64,000 nt of DNA from Tubiluchus corallicola (taxonomy: Eukaryota; Animalia; Priapulida), in NCBI GenBank assembly GCA_030141605.1, contig JAQGDQ010000231.1, positions 124,001 to 188,000 on the forward strand, in the 5' to 3' direction. The stretch's first letter is position 1; every line of letters starts with the position of its first letter. Below, piece by piece: positions 15,061 through 28,594 of the stretch. The position numbers were made by a program, and so were the translations under genes. The notes below the pieces were generated by a model. The model made no database searches. It saw only the letters and a list, made by a program, of their open reading frames with translations, and was not told the origin of the DNA.

Positions 15061-16916
15061 AGCATTCAGTTGCTGGTGTGATAAACAGCATGTGACTGCT
15101 GATGTTAACTGTGATGCTTAAAAGATGGTCATGAGTTGTTCGTCTTTTAACAATACACGATTTCTAAATCGTTGAAACTGATGAATTTACCTTGTGCGGT
15201 TTCACAAAAAAGTAGCAAACAAACTATACAGAGGCCTTTATAATTCACTGCTCAAAGTTTTTTAATAACCACATATGGCTTGCTTATTCAAAAATAACAT
15301 TAAATGAAAACAGATATAAACAGTGTGAGCTTTTTTTGCATTTTTGCCTGCTTGTGTCTTATGCTTACTCGTAGGATAATAAGAAATGTTTGCATTTCCT
15401 ATAATAAATTATTATGTAAATTATAGAGCTATAAAAATTTTGATTATTGTAATTATAAATGAAATTTAATCTGTTTATAAATAAAAAGATAAATAGGATG
15501 TACTAGTGTTTCTTGTCTCCTGTTTTATCGATTTATCTAATTTATCGAGTTGATATGCTATTAAATACAATAAAAGTATCAGCATGTCTTTCCCTTTCTT
15601 GGTAAAAAAATTGGTAAAGCAGTTTTGAAATGCAGTAGTCATGTTGCTTTTCTGGCTGTGTAATAGTTTATAATTTTAATATTTACCTGTGCCAAAACAA
15701 CAAACAAACGCTGTAGTGTTGAACAATCTATTGTGTTAACGAATTCGTAATCATCATGAACTCACATCACGACAATAATACAAGGAAACACACTGCTTGC
15801 TTCAAAGTAAATAATTTTTACACTTCATTTTGTTAGAACTGTCTAAAATCAGCATGGAGGAAAAGTATAGATAGAACTGACTAATGCAATTATAGGGTAT
15901 GTTTATTCAAATAATAAACTGTTTTGTTGTACTGACGACAATTAGCTGTTTGACAAGGGTCTTAAATGAATGTCAAATGAAAAGATCAGAGAACTAAGAT
16001 TAAATTCTTCTAACAATAGCGTGGCATGTAGACTTTGTAAAGGTAAACAGTATGCTGATTATAGACCTAAATGCAAAAGTAACATGAGTCTCAAATTCAA
16101 AATTGAATTTTATTAAGTAATTATTACAAAGTGCAAACAAGCCTATATTGGGTTTAAAAAAAACTTGTTTAATCCTCCAAAATTGAAGTGCAAGGGAAAA
16201 ACTGTTTACATAATTATGCCCGTAAGTGCAAGCCTATTAAATTTTGCAAGAGATTTAAAGTTGTAAATCTTTTCTAGGCTGAATTAAGTCAAGCTCTTTT
16301 GAGCCTGTTTTCATATAAATTTATCCAAACAGCTTTGATTTGTAGTGAATCGAAATAGGTTTAACATCTTAAAAATAAGACAGTGCTCTACGGAGGGCAA
16401 ATTTCGTCTGAGGTAATTTGCTTCGGGCAATTTGTTGTAAAAATTAGCTTTATGATTACCTCATAATCGTACTACTTAAGCTCAAGTAGCGATAACACAA
16501 GCAATATAAGCATGCCTGAGTTGTCATCGTCTTTATTATGATATCGTATCATATGAGCTTAGAATGGCGCAATGAGTGGTATTCGGGCAAAACTGGTAAC
16601 TTGTATTACAATGATGGGTATAAAAATACATTTTAAAAATGGGATGTGTAAACCGGAAAATATACTTTTATTCTTGTCTTCATTGAGAAATAAAAATGAT
16701 ATTGTAGATGAAAAAAGTAACAGAACTCAAAAGAACTAATTGAGTTGTGTTGCTTCAAATATAAAGACACTAGACTCGAGATTGCCAGATAGGATGCGTG
16801 CTTTTCTGCATGACGTGGGAGTTTTCTAATGCTTTCATGAATTACTGCATAAATTTTAACATTTTCTGACGTATTTCCTGTCTTAACTGCATATTTGGCA
16901 CCATGGTGAAATGACA

Positions 16917-16987
16917 TTAACTATTCCTGTTTCGTCTGCGTTTCTTGCCCGCACCTAGATAAAGAACAAAAGTTTTCAATTTTTGTT
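16917..16987 (-). CDS. Collagen module A terminal exon ((E)QKLKTFVLYLGAGKKRRRNRNS*)
   Basis: TTTTATTTTCAG acceptor in phase 1, matching the collagen exon donor; same length (71 nt), frame and stop as the paralogous exon at 31636-31706; minus-strand AATAAA at 16667-16672. Confidence 0.75.
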
Positions 16988-19900
16988 CTGAAAATAAAAA
17001 TGACAAAAGTGAATATTTAGAACAATGTCACAGACAAAGATAATATTAATCGTGAACGCCAGGATCATTCATCATGAGAGATGTTGAATTTTAATGGCTT
17101 ATGGCGTTACGATTATAGCACTGTGGGCCAAAGAAAACAATTTACGGACCTGGAGCACCTATCCATACTCGTGAATCAGAAATGGGGTAAATGGTCAACA
17201 TACTAAAACCAATGTGCAAACATGAAAAACATGTTGTGAAAAGATTGATGAGCACAAATTTATGAACATCATATTGTACCTGGAAAAGCACAAACATTCG
17301 AGCATGTAAAACTGAATGACAAGAAGTTCACAAACCGCGTACACTTAAACCATCCTATTCCAAGATGTTTAGTCAATCACATCTAAGAACACCTGAAATT
17401 GCAATCTCACATAATCTGCCATATGAACAATATGGGCAATGTGAGGCCCTGGGCAAGTGACCGTGTCAATGCTTCAAATGAAACCTGATCATCATAACAC
17501 GACTTGCTGCACAAAACTCAGTAATATCAAATTCTGTTAACCAAAAAAGGTTATGATGTGTGTGCCGTGTGGCTGCCGAGTGCTGGTAAATCTGTGCGTG
17601 TTCTTAGGATATTGCGTCATGACGTGAATAAAATCATTAAACTGTAAATTTACCGTGTCTTGTTTCACTAACTTTGTTTGCTGTACCGAGTGCTGAATAT
17701 TACACATTTAAGTCGTGTTTGTTACAGACTTATGTTTATTACAGATTTGTATTTATTATGTAATTCACATGATTAGCTAACTCGTTCTATCAGTCATTAC
17801 GTGGCTTTCTACCAGCTATAAGCATTATAAATAGTCAACAATATGTAGCATACTTTATCAGTCATTTCTGGGAACTCCGCCGTGATTTAGTCAAATTTAT
17901 CCTTACATTACGATGATTGCTTTTGCATTAGTTGATATAAATACCATGTAGTCTTTTATTAGGTGCCAACACATGACTAGTTGTGTTTCATATAATGCCT
18001 ACACCCGTTTGTTCATTAGCAGTTTAGCTGATATTTGCATTTCGACATTTGCTTATTTCAAAGAAAACGTTTGGTCATGTAAATACATTTTAACATATGT
18101 TCTCGTCGTCACTTTTTGATCGCACCACGACCATAATTTTTAGTTTGTTTCAGTCAAACTACGATCCCGCGGTTTTAAATGACCGCAGCTTCATTAACTT
18201 CCTCGGTTCTCCCACCCTCTCCTCTTAAATAAATTTTTAGTATTTTCAAATAGGAAAATATTTGCTCCATCGCACATTTAGTTAGTTTGTTTTTACGGTA
18301 ATCTCACGTCAGATTTCTTTTGGAATGTAATATTATAATCACAAAGTCTGTATTTTAACTAGCAATATAGACTTTACCTTCATCTGTATAGAATGTGTAG
18401 TGACAAAGCAAAACTGACGAGCTAAATGGGTTTGACTGTAGTAATTATCTCTAAGAAAACGATTAGTTATAGTTTTACCCGGAAGTTTTACAGAATTCAT
18501 TAAAATTCCATTAAAATTCTTCGACTTTACCAATTAATTAATTAGCTAATGAACACTAACGAATTCGTTAATTAAATGACTACTGATTAGGCTGTACAGT
18601 CCAGTCAAATTATGACCATCCCGTAAACTGATTGCAGCAAATCTTTTTTTGTACCTAGTGCAGAAAACATGATGATTCGCATACCAAAAATCGAAGGCGC
18701 AAAACTTGGTGGAAGATTCTCAAAGCTACTGATAACTGTCTGTTATTACCAAAAAACAGTATTAGGGGTAAAACTCCGTAAAATGTCGAAAGAAAACTAT
18801 AGTTTGCGTATACCATTTTGTTCAGGGACAGAGAAAACAATGGTTAGCATTTCTAAGATTATCAAAATATTTTAGAATGCTAAAAATGGAAATTATATCC
18901 ACCATTATAAAAAAGGGTTTTGCGTCGTAACTAAATAATAAATTGGCAAAATGTGGCCAACGTTGTATTAATATTTTTTAAGATAAATAATATGATGACC
19001 ATGTTTTAGTATAAGTAATATTTTCCCAGTGGTCACTATTATTTGCAACGGTAACTTACTAACTTTCAAGTACCATAAGAGCTAAATACAGAGATTGTTT
19101 TTAAAAAAAGCATACCCAGGGATAAGCATAACGTAATCCTCTGTTAATGCATACCTTTCATTACTTATTAAAAACAATTTTGACTTCTTTGGTTTCTCTT
19201 ATTTAGTTACTAATATTATTTATTAGTTATTATAATGCGTCTTAAGCCAGATTCAACTTTTAACACCTATCGAAGTCCACAAGTATATATTCACATGTTG
19301 GCCCAGTACACGTACTAGTGTGTGCCTTCATGCTATTTACATGTACTAGACTGTGTGTAGGCTAACTTGGTCCCGTGTCATCAGCATGCGTCTTCAAAGG
19401 CAATTAATCTGTGATAGGCTATTGTTAATACTGACGGTGAACCTCGGTACTAACGTTAGCCCCGTGATGTCTTCATTCGAAAGTATGCTGGACCAGTGGT
19501 AAAGTAGACATCGGCCAATTGGAAAGGTTACACATTGTGGCGACTCAAATTTCAAAATAAAAATCGGCCTGGTATTGGAACCAAAGCTGGCGTAACTATT
19601 TGCCCATATTCGACGTTGGACTGATGTTGCACTGATGAGCAGGCTGCCGACGCAAAGAGGCACACAGGGCCGACGTTGAGCCTACATTAGGATTGCCGCG
19701 CTGTCGTTAGCCGCAGTCAGGAGTCAAGAGCTAACTAGGGGCCTGTAAGGTCCCCCAATGAGGCCCGGGCAGAGCGCCAGAAACCAAACATTTCCTGCAT
19801 TGTAGATGTTTTATGAGGTATTTTCAGAAACTAAAATCAAGAAAATTTGGCTAAAAAGTAGTACAAATTCTTGGTTTCAAACTAAACAGAAAAAACGCCC

Positions 19901-20710
19901 GAAAAATCTAAAACTTTCAAAAGTGCAAGCAGTGTACATCAATTTTTGGAGTTTCTTCCCAGTTTTCTGGGATAGATTTAGCAGTCAAATTATTATGTAC
20001 TTTATGTATGTGAAGCAAAGCTAAAGCGGAAGAATACTTCCTTTGCTGTAGTTGTCGCTGCAGCAAAAATTGGCGAAAAATTTAGAAGGGGTGAAATGAT
20101 GAAGGCATGCGACCGATTATATTTAATTTTTAAAGTTTGCTGTTACCTAAATTAACAGACTTAGCTCTTTCTGGCTTAATCTTTTGTAAAGTGTCAATAG
20201 CAAGCAAGATGTATTTCCGCTGTTTTTTCCGCTTAAATTTCAATGTGGTGGTCGAAATCAGAAGATTTAAGAATTATTCTAAATCCGACCGAATTACGAA
20301 TCTATGGCTGAATTTCAGGAGACTCCGGGTCAAATTAAGCGTGGGGGCAACCCTAGTCTACATAAGAATGCTATCTTGGATGTAAGTGAATACAATCTGA
20401 TACAGTCCTCTATTTTGTCAATATAATTGGCAAACAGTACATTATACTTTATCCATTATCACAGGTACTTGGTAATTTTCCATTTAAGTATCAAATTTAC
20501 GTTAAAGCGACTTTGAACAATGAGAACTGCCTTTATACCTAAACCTATACTTGCTGATGTCTTCTACAAATTAACAGTGACGAATTCTGAAATAATCAAA
20601 GAATTAATGTTTGCCAGTTTCTACAATAAAAACATGCTAATAATACTAACTAACCAGAGATACAGGCTGATTTATAATAGTCATGTACAACTTATGGAAT
20701 AAGGTCTGCT

Positions 20711-21219
20711 CAGGGGCGTAGCCAGGTTCTAAAGTTAGTTGGAGCAAGCACATCAAAAAGGTGCCGTGACACATACCAAACAATTTTTAACGCATTGATT
20801 ATTACATTTTAATTGTTTAAAATCAAAACACAAAAAAGTTTTAAAGGAAGTATATAAATAACAGGTACATCGTTATTTTGTATTTAAAATTACATTACAA
20901 AAAAAAGTTAAATTAGCTTTGTGGCAATTTGATACTTGGTTCAATCAGTCAACCTTGACAAATGAATTGAGTAAATGCATGCTCATTTAAAAAACACGGG
21001 AGGCAGGTTGGTCAAATAAAGTAATGACTCCAAAAACTAGTTCTAGGGCAAAGCAATTAAAAAATAAAAAAGATTCCACTTTTATCGCACAAGTTAAGCG
21101 AAGAGTTGAAAAATTGTTGAAAAAGCACGAATTTTGAAAAAAATCGTTTGTGGGAGCGAATATTTTGAAAAAATATGCCTGGGGTTGTTCCCCTTGTTCT
21201 TCTGTTAGCTACGCCACTG
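20711..21219. mobile_element. hAT-type MITE
   Basis: Ends CAGGGGCGTAGC / GCTACGCCACTG (11 of 12 inverted match); flanks GGTCTGCT and GCTGCT resemble a degraded TSD. Confidence 0.6.
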
Positions 21220-21628
21220 GCTGCTTTTTTAAATTCTTGACAAATGCCAACAAAATCACACTGAAAAGGTGCACGGTTGTCTTTCTTTCTCACTTAAAAC
21301 ACTACTCTGCACACCATAATTCTTATTTAAACCTTATTAGTTCTAGGGCAAAGCAATTAAAAAATAAAAAAGATTCCACTTTTATCGCACAAGTTAAGCG
21401 AAGAGTTGAAAAATTGTTGAAAAAGCACGAATTTTGAAAAAAATCGTTTGTGGGAGCGAATATTTTGAAAAAATATGCCTGGGGTTGTTCCCCTTGTTCT
21501 TCTGTTAGCTACGCCACTGGCTGCTTTTTTAAATTCTTGACAAATGCCAACAAAATCACACTGAAAAGGTGCACGGTTGTCTTTCTTTCTCACTTAAAAC
21601 ACTACTCTGCACACCATAATTCTTATTT
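21038..21628. repeat. Tandem direct duplication, 291-bp identical copies with period 300
   Basis: 21038-21328 equals 21338-21628, separated by AAACCTTAT; produces the twin ORFs 21057-21293 and 21357-21593. Confidence 0.95.
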
Positions 21629-22398
21629 TGTTCATTTTTTCAGTTAAAATACTGTTACTAGCATATGCATGTAACTAGTTATAGTGACATTTAAAAAATA
21701 TTTTTGGTCATGGTAACAGCTTCGGTTGCAACCTTGAAAACATGCTCATCGTATTCTCTGACCTTAAAAACATGGGTATTGCCGTATTGGTACAACATTG
21801 GCCACATTGGGCACTTTAATATTTAATTGCATTGGAAACCACTCTTTGTGTAATTGCGGGCATATTTTTCATTTTAGGCATATTAGAAATATCACCATTG
21901 TTTTGTTTGGAGGGTAGACTCGTTTCCCAGAAATTTTTTCCAAGAGCCGCCATTTCTCAGAACATAAAATTCACAGAAAGATGAAGCGAAATGAAAAGTA
22001 GTTCATTTTAACTACGTGTATTGATTAATACCGATTGGATGATAAAAATTTGGTCAACTCATTAAGGCAAGAAAGTGTATTTGTAACGTCAGAACGATCA
22101 TAGTAGTGATCTTTGCATATGATTACTTAAACCCTTCTGCTGATGAGGTCTAATTGGCATTTACTGATTGTGTGTTACAAAGATGAAACCAGCATTTTGA
22201 GTTGAAAGCGGATAATCTCAATTGGCTTGAGCCCCTTAACTGTTTGTACTCAAGTACCACTTGGTAAACAATTCTGGACTGTCCCCTTTATTGAATAAAT
22301 AAGCATGAAAATGCCCAAATGGACAAGGTAATGCTTTGGATTTTGTATTGACTTTTCAGATTTTTACCAATTTATCGCATAAAATGTTGACATCTTAC

Positions 22399-24015
22399 CT
22401 TTATAAGGTCCATACGTGCCAGGTGGGCCAGGAATACCTGGTTTACCCGGTGGACCATGAGATCCAGGAGGACCCGGTTCTCCTGTCAAACCTTGAGGCC
22501 CTGGTAGACCCATAACACCGGGATCACCTTTGTCTCCCTTATCTCCTTTGTCACCTTTTGGACCTTCCGGGCTGGGCTCACCAGGCATGCCAGGTAGACC
22601 TGGTTCTACTCCATCTGTTCCATTTATCCCAGGTATACCAGGCCATCCATCTAATCCAGGAATTCCTACAAAACCTTGTGGGCCTCTTTGCCCAGTTAGG
22701 CCAGGCAATCCATCAAGTCCATCAAATCCCAGTTTGCCGGGATAACCTTTGTCCCCTTTATTGCCTCTGGGGCCAGGTTGTCCTGGAACTCCATCTTCAC
22801 CATCGTTACCATCCTCTCCAGGATCCCCCTTTTCGCCTATTTCACCTTTGTGACCTTTTCCACCTTTTTCACCTTTTAGTCCGGTTGGACCAGCTTGGCC
22901 AGGAGCACCTGGGGCACCTGCTTCTCCTCTTTCACCAGGAACACCAGGATCTCCTTGTTGACCATTTACTCCATCTACACCTGGTAGTCCAGTGCCTCCT
23001 TTGTCACCTTTATGCCCTTTTTCTCCTGGGTCACCTTTAGGCCCTTTATTACCAGGAGCACCAGGAGCACCTGGCGTTCCTGGTGAACCAGGTGCACCAA
23101 GATATCCTCTAGGACCCTCTAGACCTTGCGCTCCTACTGGTCCTGGCAGACCCATTGGTCCAGTTGGGCCTGGAGGCCCACCTGGTGGTCCAGAATGTCC
23201 ATATGGTCCCATTAGGCCAGGCCGTCCTCTCCAACCTTTTGGACCAGTAGGACCACTTGAACCTAAATATCCAGTTGGTCCCGGTGGGCCAGGTGGACCG
23301 GTTACTGCTACTCCACGTTGCCCTATGCTACCCTTTGCACCTGTAGGACCAGTTTGGCCTTTAGATCCTGGTGGTCCTGCTGGACCAGGTGGACCTGTTA
23401 CATCTGCTCCAGACGGTCCACTTAGACCTTTTGGACCCGGCGGACCTGCTGGGCCTGTTACATCTGCTCCAGGTGGTCCACTCGGGCCAGTTGGGCCTGA
23501 AAGACCATTTGGGCCTGTAGATCCTGATGGTCCTGGTGGACCACGTGGACCTGTTATATCTGCTCCAGACGGTCCATTTTGACCTTTTGGACCCGGAGGA
23601 CCTCGTGGGCCTGTTACAGTTGCTCCAGGTGGTCCAGGTGGACCTGTTACATCTACACCAGATGGCCCACTTGCACCACTTGGACCCCAAGGACCACGTG
23701 GGCCTGTTACAGTTGCTCCTGGTGGCCCAATTGGTCCACTTCCGCCTGAAGGACCAGGTGGTCCTGGAGGTCCTGTTGACCCCATTAAACCAGGTGGACC
23801 TGCTACAGTTGCTCCAGGTTGTCCCTGCACACCTTTTGGGCCTGGAGGACCAATTTGTCCTGTAGCTCCCGGTGGACCAGGTGGGCCTGGTATTATAGCA
23901 TTTCCGGGTGGCCCAGGTGGACCCTGCATACCTTTAGGACCTCGACGACCTTTAGGACCCCGCATTCCTCGAGAACCTGGTTCGCCGGGTGGTCCAGGCG
24001 GACAATGTACACAAC
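22399..24015 (-). CDS. Collagen module A triple-helix exon (539 codons, symmetric phase 1)
   Basis: TTTTGTGCTACAG acceptor, AAG|GTAAGA donor; open frame of Gly-X-Y starting (G)[10 protein letters not shown]; repeated G-x-x-V-T interruptions in the N-half, KGE/KGD-rich C-half. Confidence 0.95.
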
Positions 24016-25499
24016 CTGTAGCACAAAACACATCATTATTACTATCATCTTCAATTTGATGATCTAAAATGCTCTGAATATGTCATAAATTGCAACTAAA
24101 GATGAAAATAGATCTTACATTTGAAATTACAAATCATGGGTGCTGCAAAAATACGCGTCTTGCCTCATTGTTGCACTGGCTTCTGCACTATAAAGATGCC
24201 GCCGCATTTTATTACTTTCCCGAGTAATTTTAATACTTTCTTTAACATTGTACTATATAATAATCTTTCACAGCCATGCATGGGCTGAGAAAACAGAAAC
24301 CTGCTTCACTGTTATCGTCGCTATAGTCGGGGACCTGTGCTAGATTAGTAAACTCATGACCTTTGCTGCTAGGTTATCTGCAAAGCACTGTAAACTCTTT
24401 CACTAAAGTCCTGGAGTAAAACCGCAGCACAAATACAAATCGTGCCTTTGTCCAACTTAGAAGTTTTTAATAACTGTGAATAATTTCACTTCATCTCTCT
24501 TACCTTTGAATTATGATTCTATCTAATGTAATGTAACCCAAATCATCTAAGAGAATTTGTTTATCTTGTTCAGTTAGTTTTCCGTTTGTGTAAAATGACT
24601 TCATCGGGGATATTAAGGTCAGGAGTAGCAGGTCGTTTTCAAACGTAACCGTCATTTTTTGAACTTTTTTGAACACAAAAGAGTCATTAGCAATCTGTGC
24701 TGTGTACATGTTAACAACGCTCTATGTGTATTAAAAGACAAATTTATAATCTGTTTCAATTTCAATTTAACACAACCAGAATAAATGATTTTGCTTTTCT
24801 CTGTAAAGCAGACGTTTGCCCAGCAATCCATCGCAAAAGCTCATTTCAAGGTTTCGGAATGAGATAAACAATGAATCAAAAATGACTCACTGAATACAAA
24901 AATTTAAAAAGAAATATAAAGCATTTATTTTAAAATAAACAACTACACTTCCTGATATCACAGTACGTCACAGATCTGTACTGCAGTACAAATTTTTGCT
25001 TTTATGCGAATATTGGGTATAGGTGACACGATATTACTGTTAAGCGTTTATAGCATAACATCGTGTTTTTCTTTAAAATTGTGATGAACGTGACTCTTTA
25101 ATGCAGTGTCGCTATATAACTATCAATAGTGTGCCTGAAATGACCTGGCGAGATAAAGTTTAAATGCGCTGTTGACAACCCTATTCAACAAGCTCCACAA
25201 AGATCATAGCAGCTTTAATCCACTTTTAAAATCTGCAAAATGAAAGATTCTGTCGATAAAACAAGTGTGTGCATGCAAGGTCAGGTTTCCTGTGCCTCTT
25301 TAGTACAAATATGCCTTAAAAATGAATTAAAAACCTATAACGAGTAAGGCTACTGGGCTGGACAGATTGCTTGAAACGTGTTAAAACCCACAGCTGATAT
25401 TCTAGCACTGCCCTGGCACTTCATAATAAGCCGCACAATTATCTTGTAACCGACGACATTTTGACAACTTAAGAATGTAATTTTAGACCCTAGTCACTT

Positions 25500-25590
25500 G
25501 TGCTTCCGATAACTGGTTAACCAATAGACCTAGTGCTTTCGAGAACTGGTTAACGAATAGACCTAGTGCTTCCAACAACTGGTTAACCAA
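25500..25590. repeat. 33-bp minisatellite, about 2.8 copies, with palindromic core TGGTTAACCA
   Basis: GTGCTTCCGATAACTGGTTAACCAATAGACCTA-like units start at 25500, 25533 and 25566 with no spacers. Confidence 0.85.
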
Positions 25591-27599
25591 CCTGCACAAT
25601 GGCTTTCTAACTGGTGGACTTAAAAAGCATTTGACCATGTTAATCATAAGATGCAATCGCAAAAAGCTAGTTAACACTCTCCAGCTGCTGGTTCTGCTCA
25701 TATCTCATAAAGGACAACAATTTGTAAGTCTAGAAAGAGTCAGTTCCATTTTTGCCTATCATTAGTCAAAACATTATTACATTGTCATTACATATATAGA
25801 ATAGGATTACAAATGCTTAGATCACCTTCAAGAGATGTACAAAATTAAGCATGGGCTAAACACAAAAATTGAAGATAGCTCCTACGCAATTAATGCAATT
25901 CTTGCAGAATGTGCAGCAGTGAAGAGTGTTGCAATGCTGCATTGCTTTATTGGTATAGTGCAAAAATTCTGCTGATTGTGTGTATTGGATAAATGCTGCA
26001 AAACTTATTGACAGTAACAAATGAAATGTTGGCAGAGATTATAGAAAAATTCAAGTTTCTGACAGTTGTTAGTACTATCATCATCGTTATTATTAAAGAA
26101 GTATCGTTACGAGATGGAAACATATTATGCAGGCGCCCTACCATTTGAGCTTTTACTGATTTATTGGTGACTGATCCTCGTAATGCTCACTTTGTCCGTA
26201 TAACTTGATGAGCTCTTCATAAGTTCAACCAGCAGTTGATTTAAAAGTCTTATACCCTTTTTTTAATTATTACTATGCTTTAACTTTTATTGTACTATTA
26301 AATGCAAGTCTCGGTCTAGGACCAGAGTTTGTGTTACATGATTAGCATTACTTGTTTTGGCATAAACCTATTTTCAAACTCTCTTGCTGTTCTTATGCTA
26401 TAGCCAAGCCATGATGCTAAGAGTAAATAATTGTTCATTCTGGTGTATTTGGTGAACAACAAAAGGTGAGTGCGCAAGCAACAGCGCTGAATAACAACGT
26501 CCGCTATACAGAAAAGAATGTTGCGCGCAAATAAGCAATTAAACAAGTTAATGGTGAGGCAAGTAGACACGAGCTTGAAAAACTAATTGGCACACCATCG
26601 CCTCCTTTACTTGAGTTAAGAAACTGCGATTTCCAGAGATAATCAACAGTAGCTGATTATTAATTCAATAAAATTCTGCAAAAGTGGTTAGCATAATTAT
26701 AATTATCAGTTTACAATTTCCAAGACCACGCACAGATAGAGAAACTTGTCAAAAAAGAACAAAACGTTGAAAACAGCTCACAGTGCAAACGTACCTATTG
26801 ATTTCAGTGCATTTTATTATATCCCAATTCAGCATACCACGCAATACCACGCCTAGTTAAATATAAGGAAGTTGAAATGAAACCATTACTGTACATTACA
26901 ACGTACTGTTAAACCTGTATTGATTTTTTTGTCTTCCTTTCACTTATACTGTAAATTGAGTGTCCCTGTTCTGAAAGTCTATTCATATAAATGTGATAGT
27001 AACTAAAACCATAGGTGTTATTTAGGTATAGTTTTCACTAAATTTTCTTTTGGACTCTTAAGCTTATTTATCAAACTCAGACTTTTCGCAGAACAGGCGT
27101 GGTACGTTAGTTCATTGTCAATGTTGGTCAAGCTCTTTGAACTGAATTAGATGAAGAATCAAAATCTATTTTGTTATCACGGAAATTCAAAAATAAATAC
27201 AAAGCTAACATGTTCAATTAGTAATTCGCCCTAAAACATCTGTTGCAGCTGCTGTATCCACCTATTATCACCACGACTATTATCAATAAATATAATTTAT
27301 ATATATATGGTAAGAGTACAGCATCTATCACAGCATACACCACCCTTTTCTTCTCCTTAACTCTTCGTACTAGTTTTCTTTCAAATTTTATTACTAACTT
27401 TGCTTTTTTCTCCTTTTATTTCAGAAAGCTTTTAAAGCTCTCGGCTTCTTCAGTTTTCTGCAGGACAATTAGCTAGGACCCCAACATGTAAGTTGTAATT
27501 AAAATCATTTTAATTATTTAATTATTTTGTATTATAATTTTATTATTCTATACGTTTTGTACTGTTGTGCTGGATGTAGAAAATAAATTACAAATTACA

Positions 27600-28548
27600 A
27601 CTTAATAGCTGTGAACATTATTCCCTTAAGGCATATACATGCGTACACTACATGAAATAACAGGCATAATAAAATTTATGCTAAAATCTCTAGCAATGTC
27701 GGATTCAGATTTAATCAAAAGTCATATAATAGAGATTAGTCGTGATCCCACAATCGGTCATAGACATTTCATTCGAGAATTACTGGCTTCTAGTGGACAA
27801 TATTTAAAATTGTGTAAAAATTATCATTCACGTACTATTGATTACGGTAATATACCGCTGAATATCCTTGAGTACAAAAAACAGGATATTGGACATTTTA
27901 TATCACACCTATGGAAAAATAGATGCCGTGCTCGCTACCAATGCCAGGAGTTATCTATTCTTCCTGGAAATGTATTTTTAACTCCACGAGACCTTCCTTT
28001 TCATACAGGTAGCAGAAGGCTAGAAAAACTATCTTGTAGCATTTTACTAGGACAAGGTAACTTTAAAGATTTTCTTTTTAAAATTGGATACATACATGAA
28101 AATGCCTGTATCCGTTCAGAGGAAGCACAAACAGTTGAACATTTGCTTTTTAATTGTACTCTGGTCGATGAAAATAAAAGATTAGCGCTTGCAAATATCC
28201 TACAGTCCCAGAACATTAGTAAAATTTATACATCTCGTGACAAAAACCTGCTAGATGCTTTCTCTGAGTTAGTTTGTGATTCGTTTTTACAAACTTTAGC
28301 ATAAAATATTGAACTTTTATATTATATCTGTTTCTAGTCTCTTTTACATTATACAGGTCGTTTTGTGTAAACTGGTACTATTTGATTTTAGTTGTTCTTT
28401 TATTGGTATATCCGTGATTTATTGGTATATAAAAGTGTTACGAATATAACAGATATTTTATTTACAAAGTTTTTTTAACTTTTAACCCTACCCTGCAAAT
28501 AGAGGGTCACTGTATGTATTTTATTTAAAGAATTATAATAATAATAAT
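27600..28548 (+). mobile_element. 5'-truncated I-group-like LINE (ORF2 C-terminus, 3' UTR, (AAT)n tail)
   Basis: ORF 27639-28304 contains LLGQGNFKDFLFKIGY..C....QTVEHLLFNC, matching the C-terminus of the LINE at 50175-50911 (FLTGQGNFNDFLFNIGY..QTPHHLLFEC); ends in AAT repeats. Confidence 0.85.
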
Positions 28549-28594
28549 AGGTACGAGTAACTTCGTAAACTTCATAAAGCTTCATAATGAAGCA

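Noticed and set aside
22138-22205. Hammerhead-ribozyme-like CTGATGAGGTC...GATGAAAC
   Set aside because: No stem III with a valid NUH cleavage triplet, and the core is not conserved in the paralogous copy near 33145.
22530-23865. Plus-strand Pro/Gly-rich and other overlapping ORFs over collagen exon A
   Set aside because: Antisense or shifted-frame shadows of Gly-Pro codon repeats; no independent splice or start signals.
24500-24709. 69-aa minus-strand ORF ending at a strong AAG|GTAAGA donor, as a private first exon for collagen A
   Set aside because: The ORF meets the donor in phase 2; the phase-1 frame needed has a TAA three codons before the donor, and there is no signal peptide. A non-coding exon is not excluded.
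25500-25590. CRISPR-like array
   Set aside because: Repeats are contiguous without unique spacers, no cas genes, eukaryotic context.
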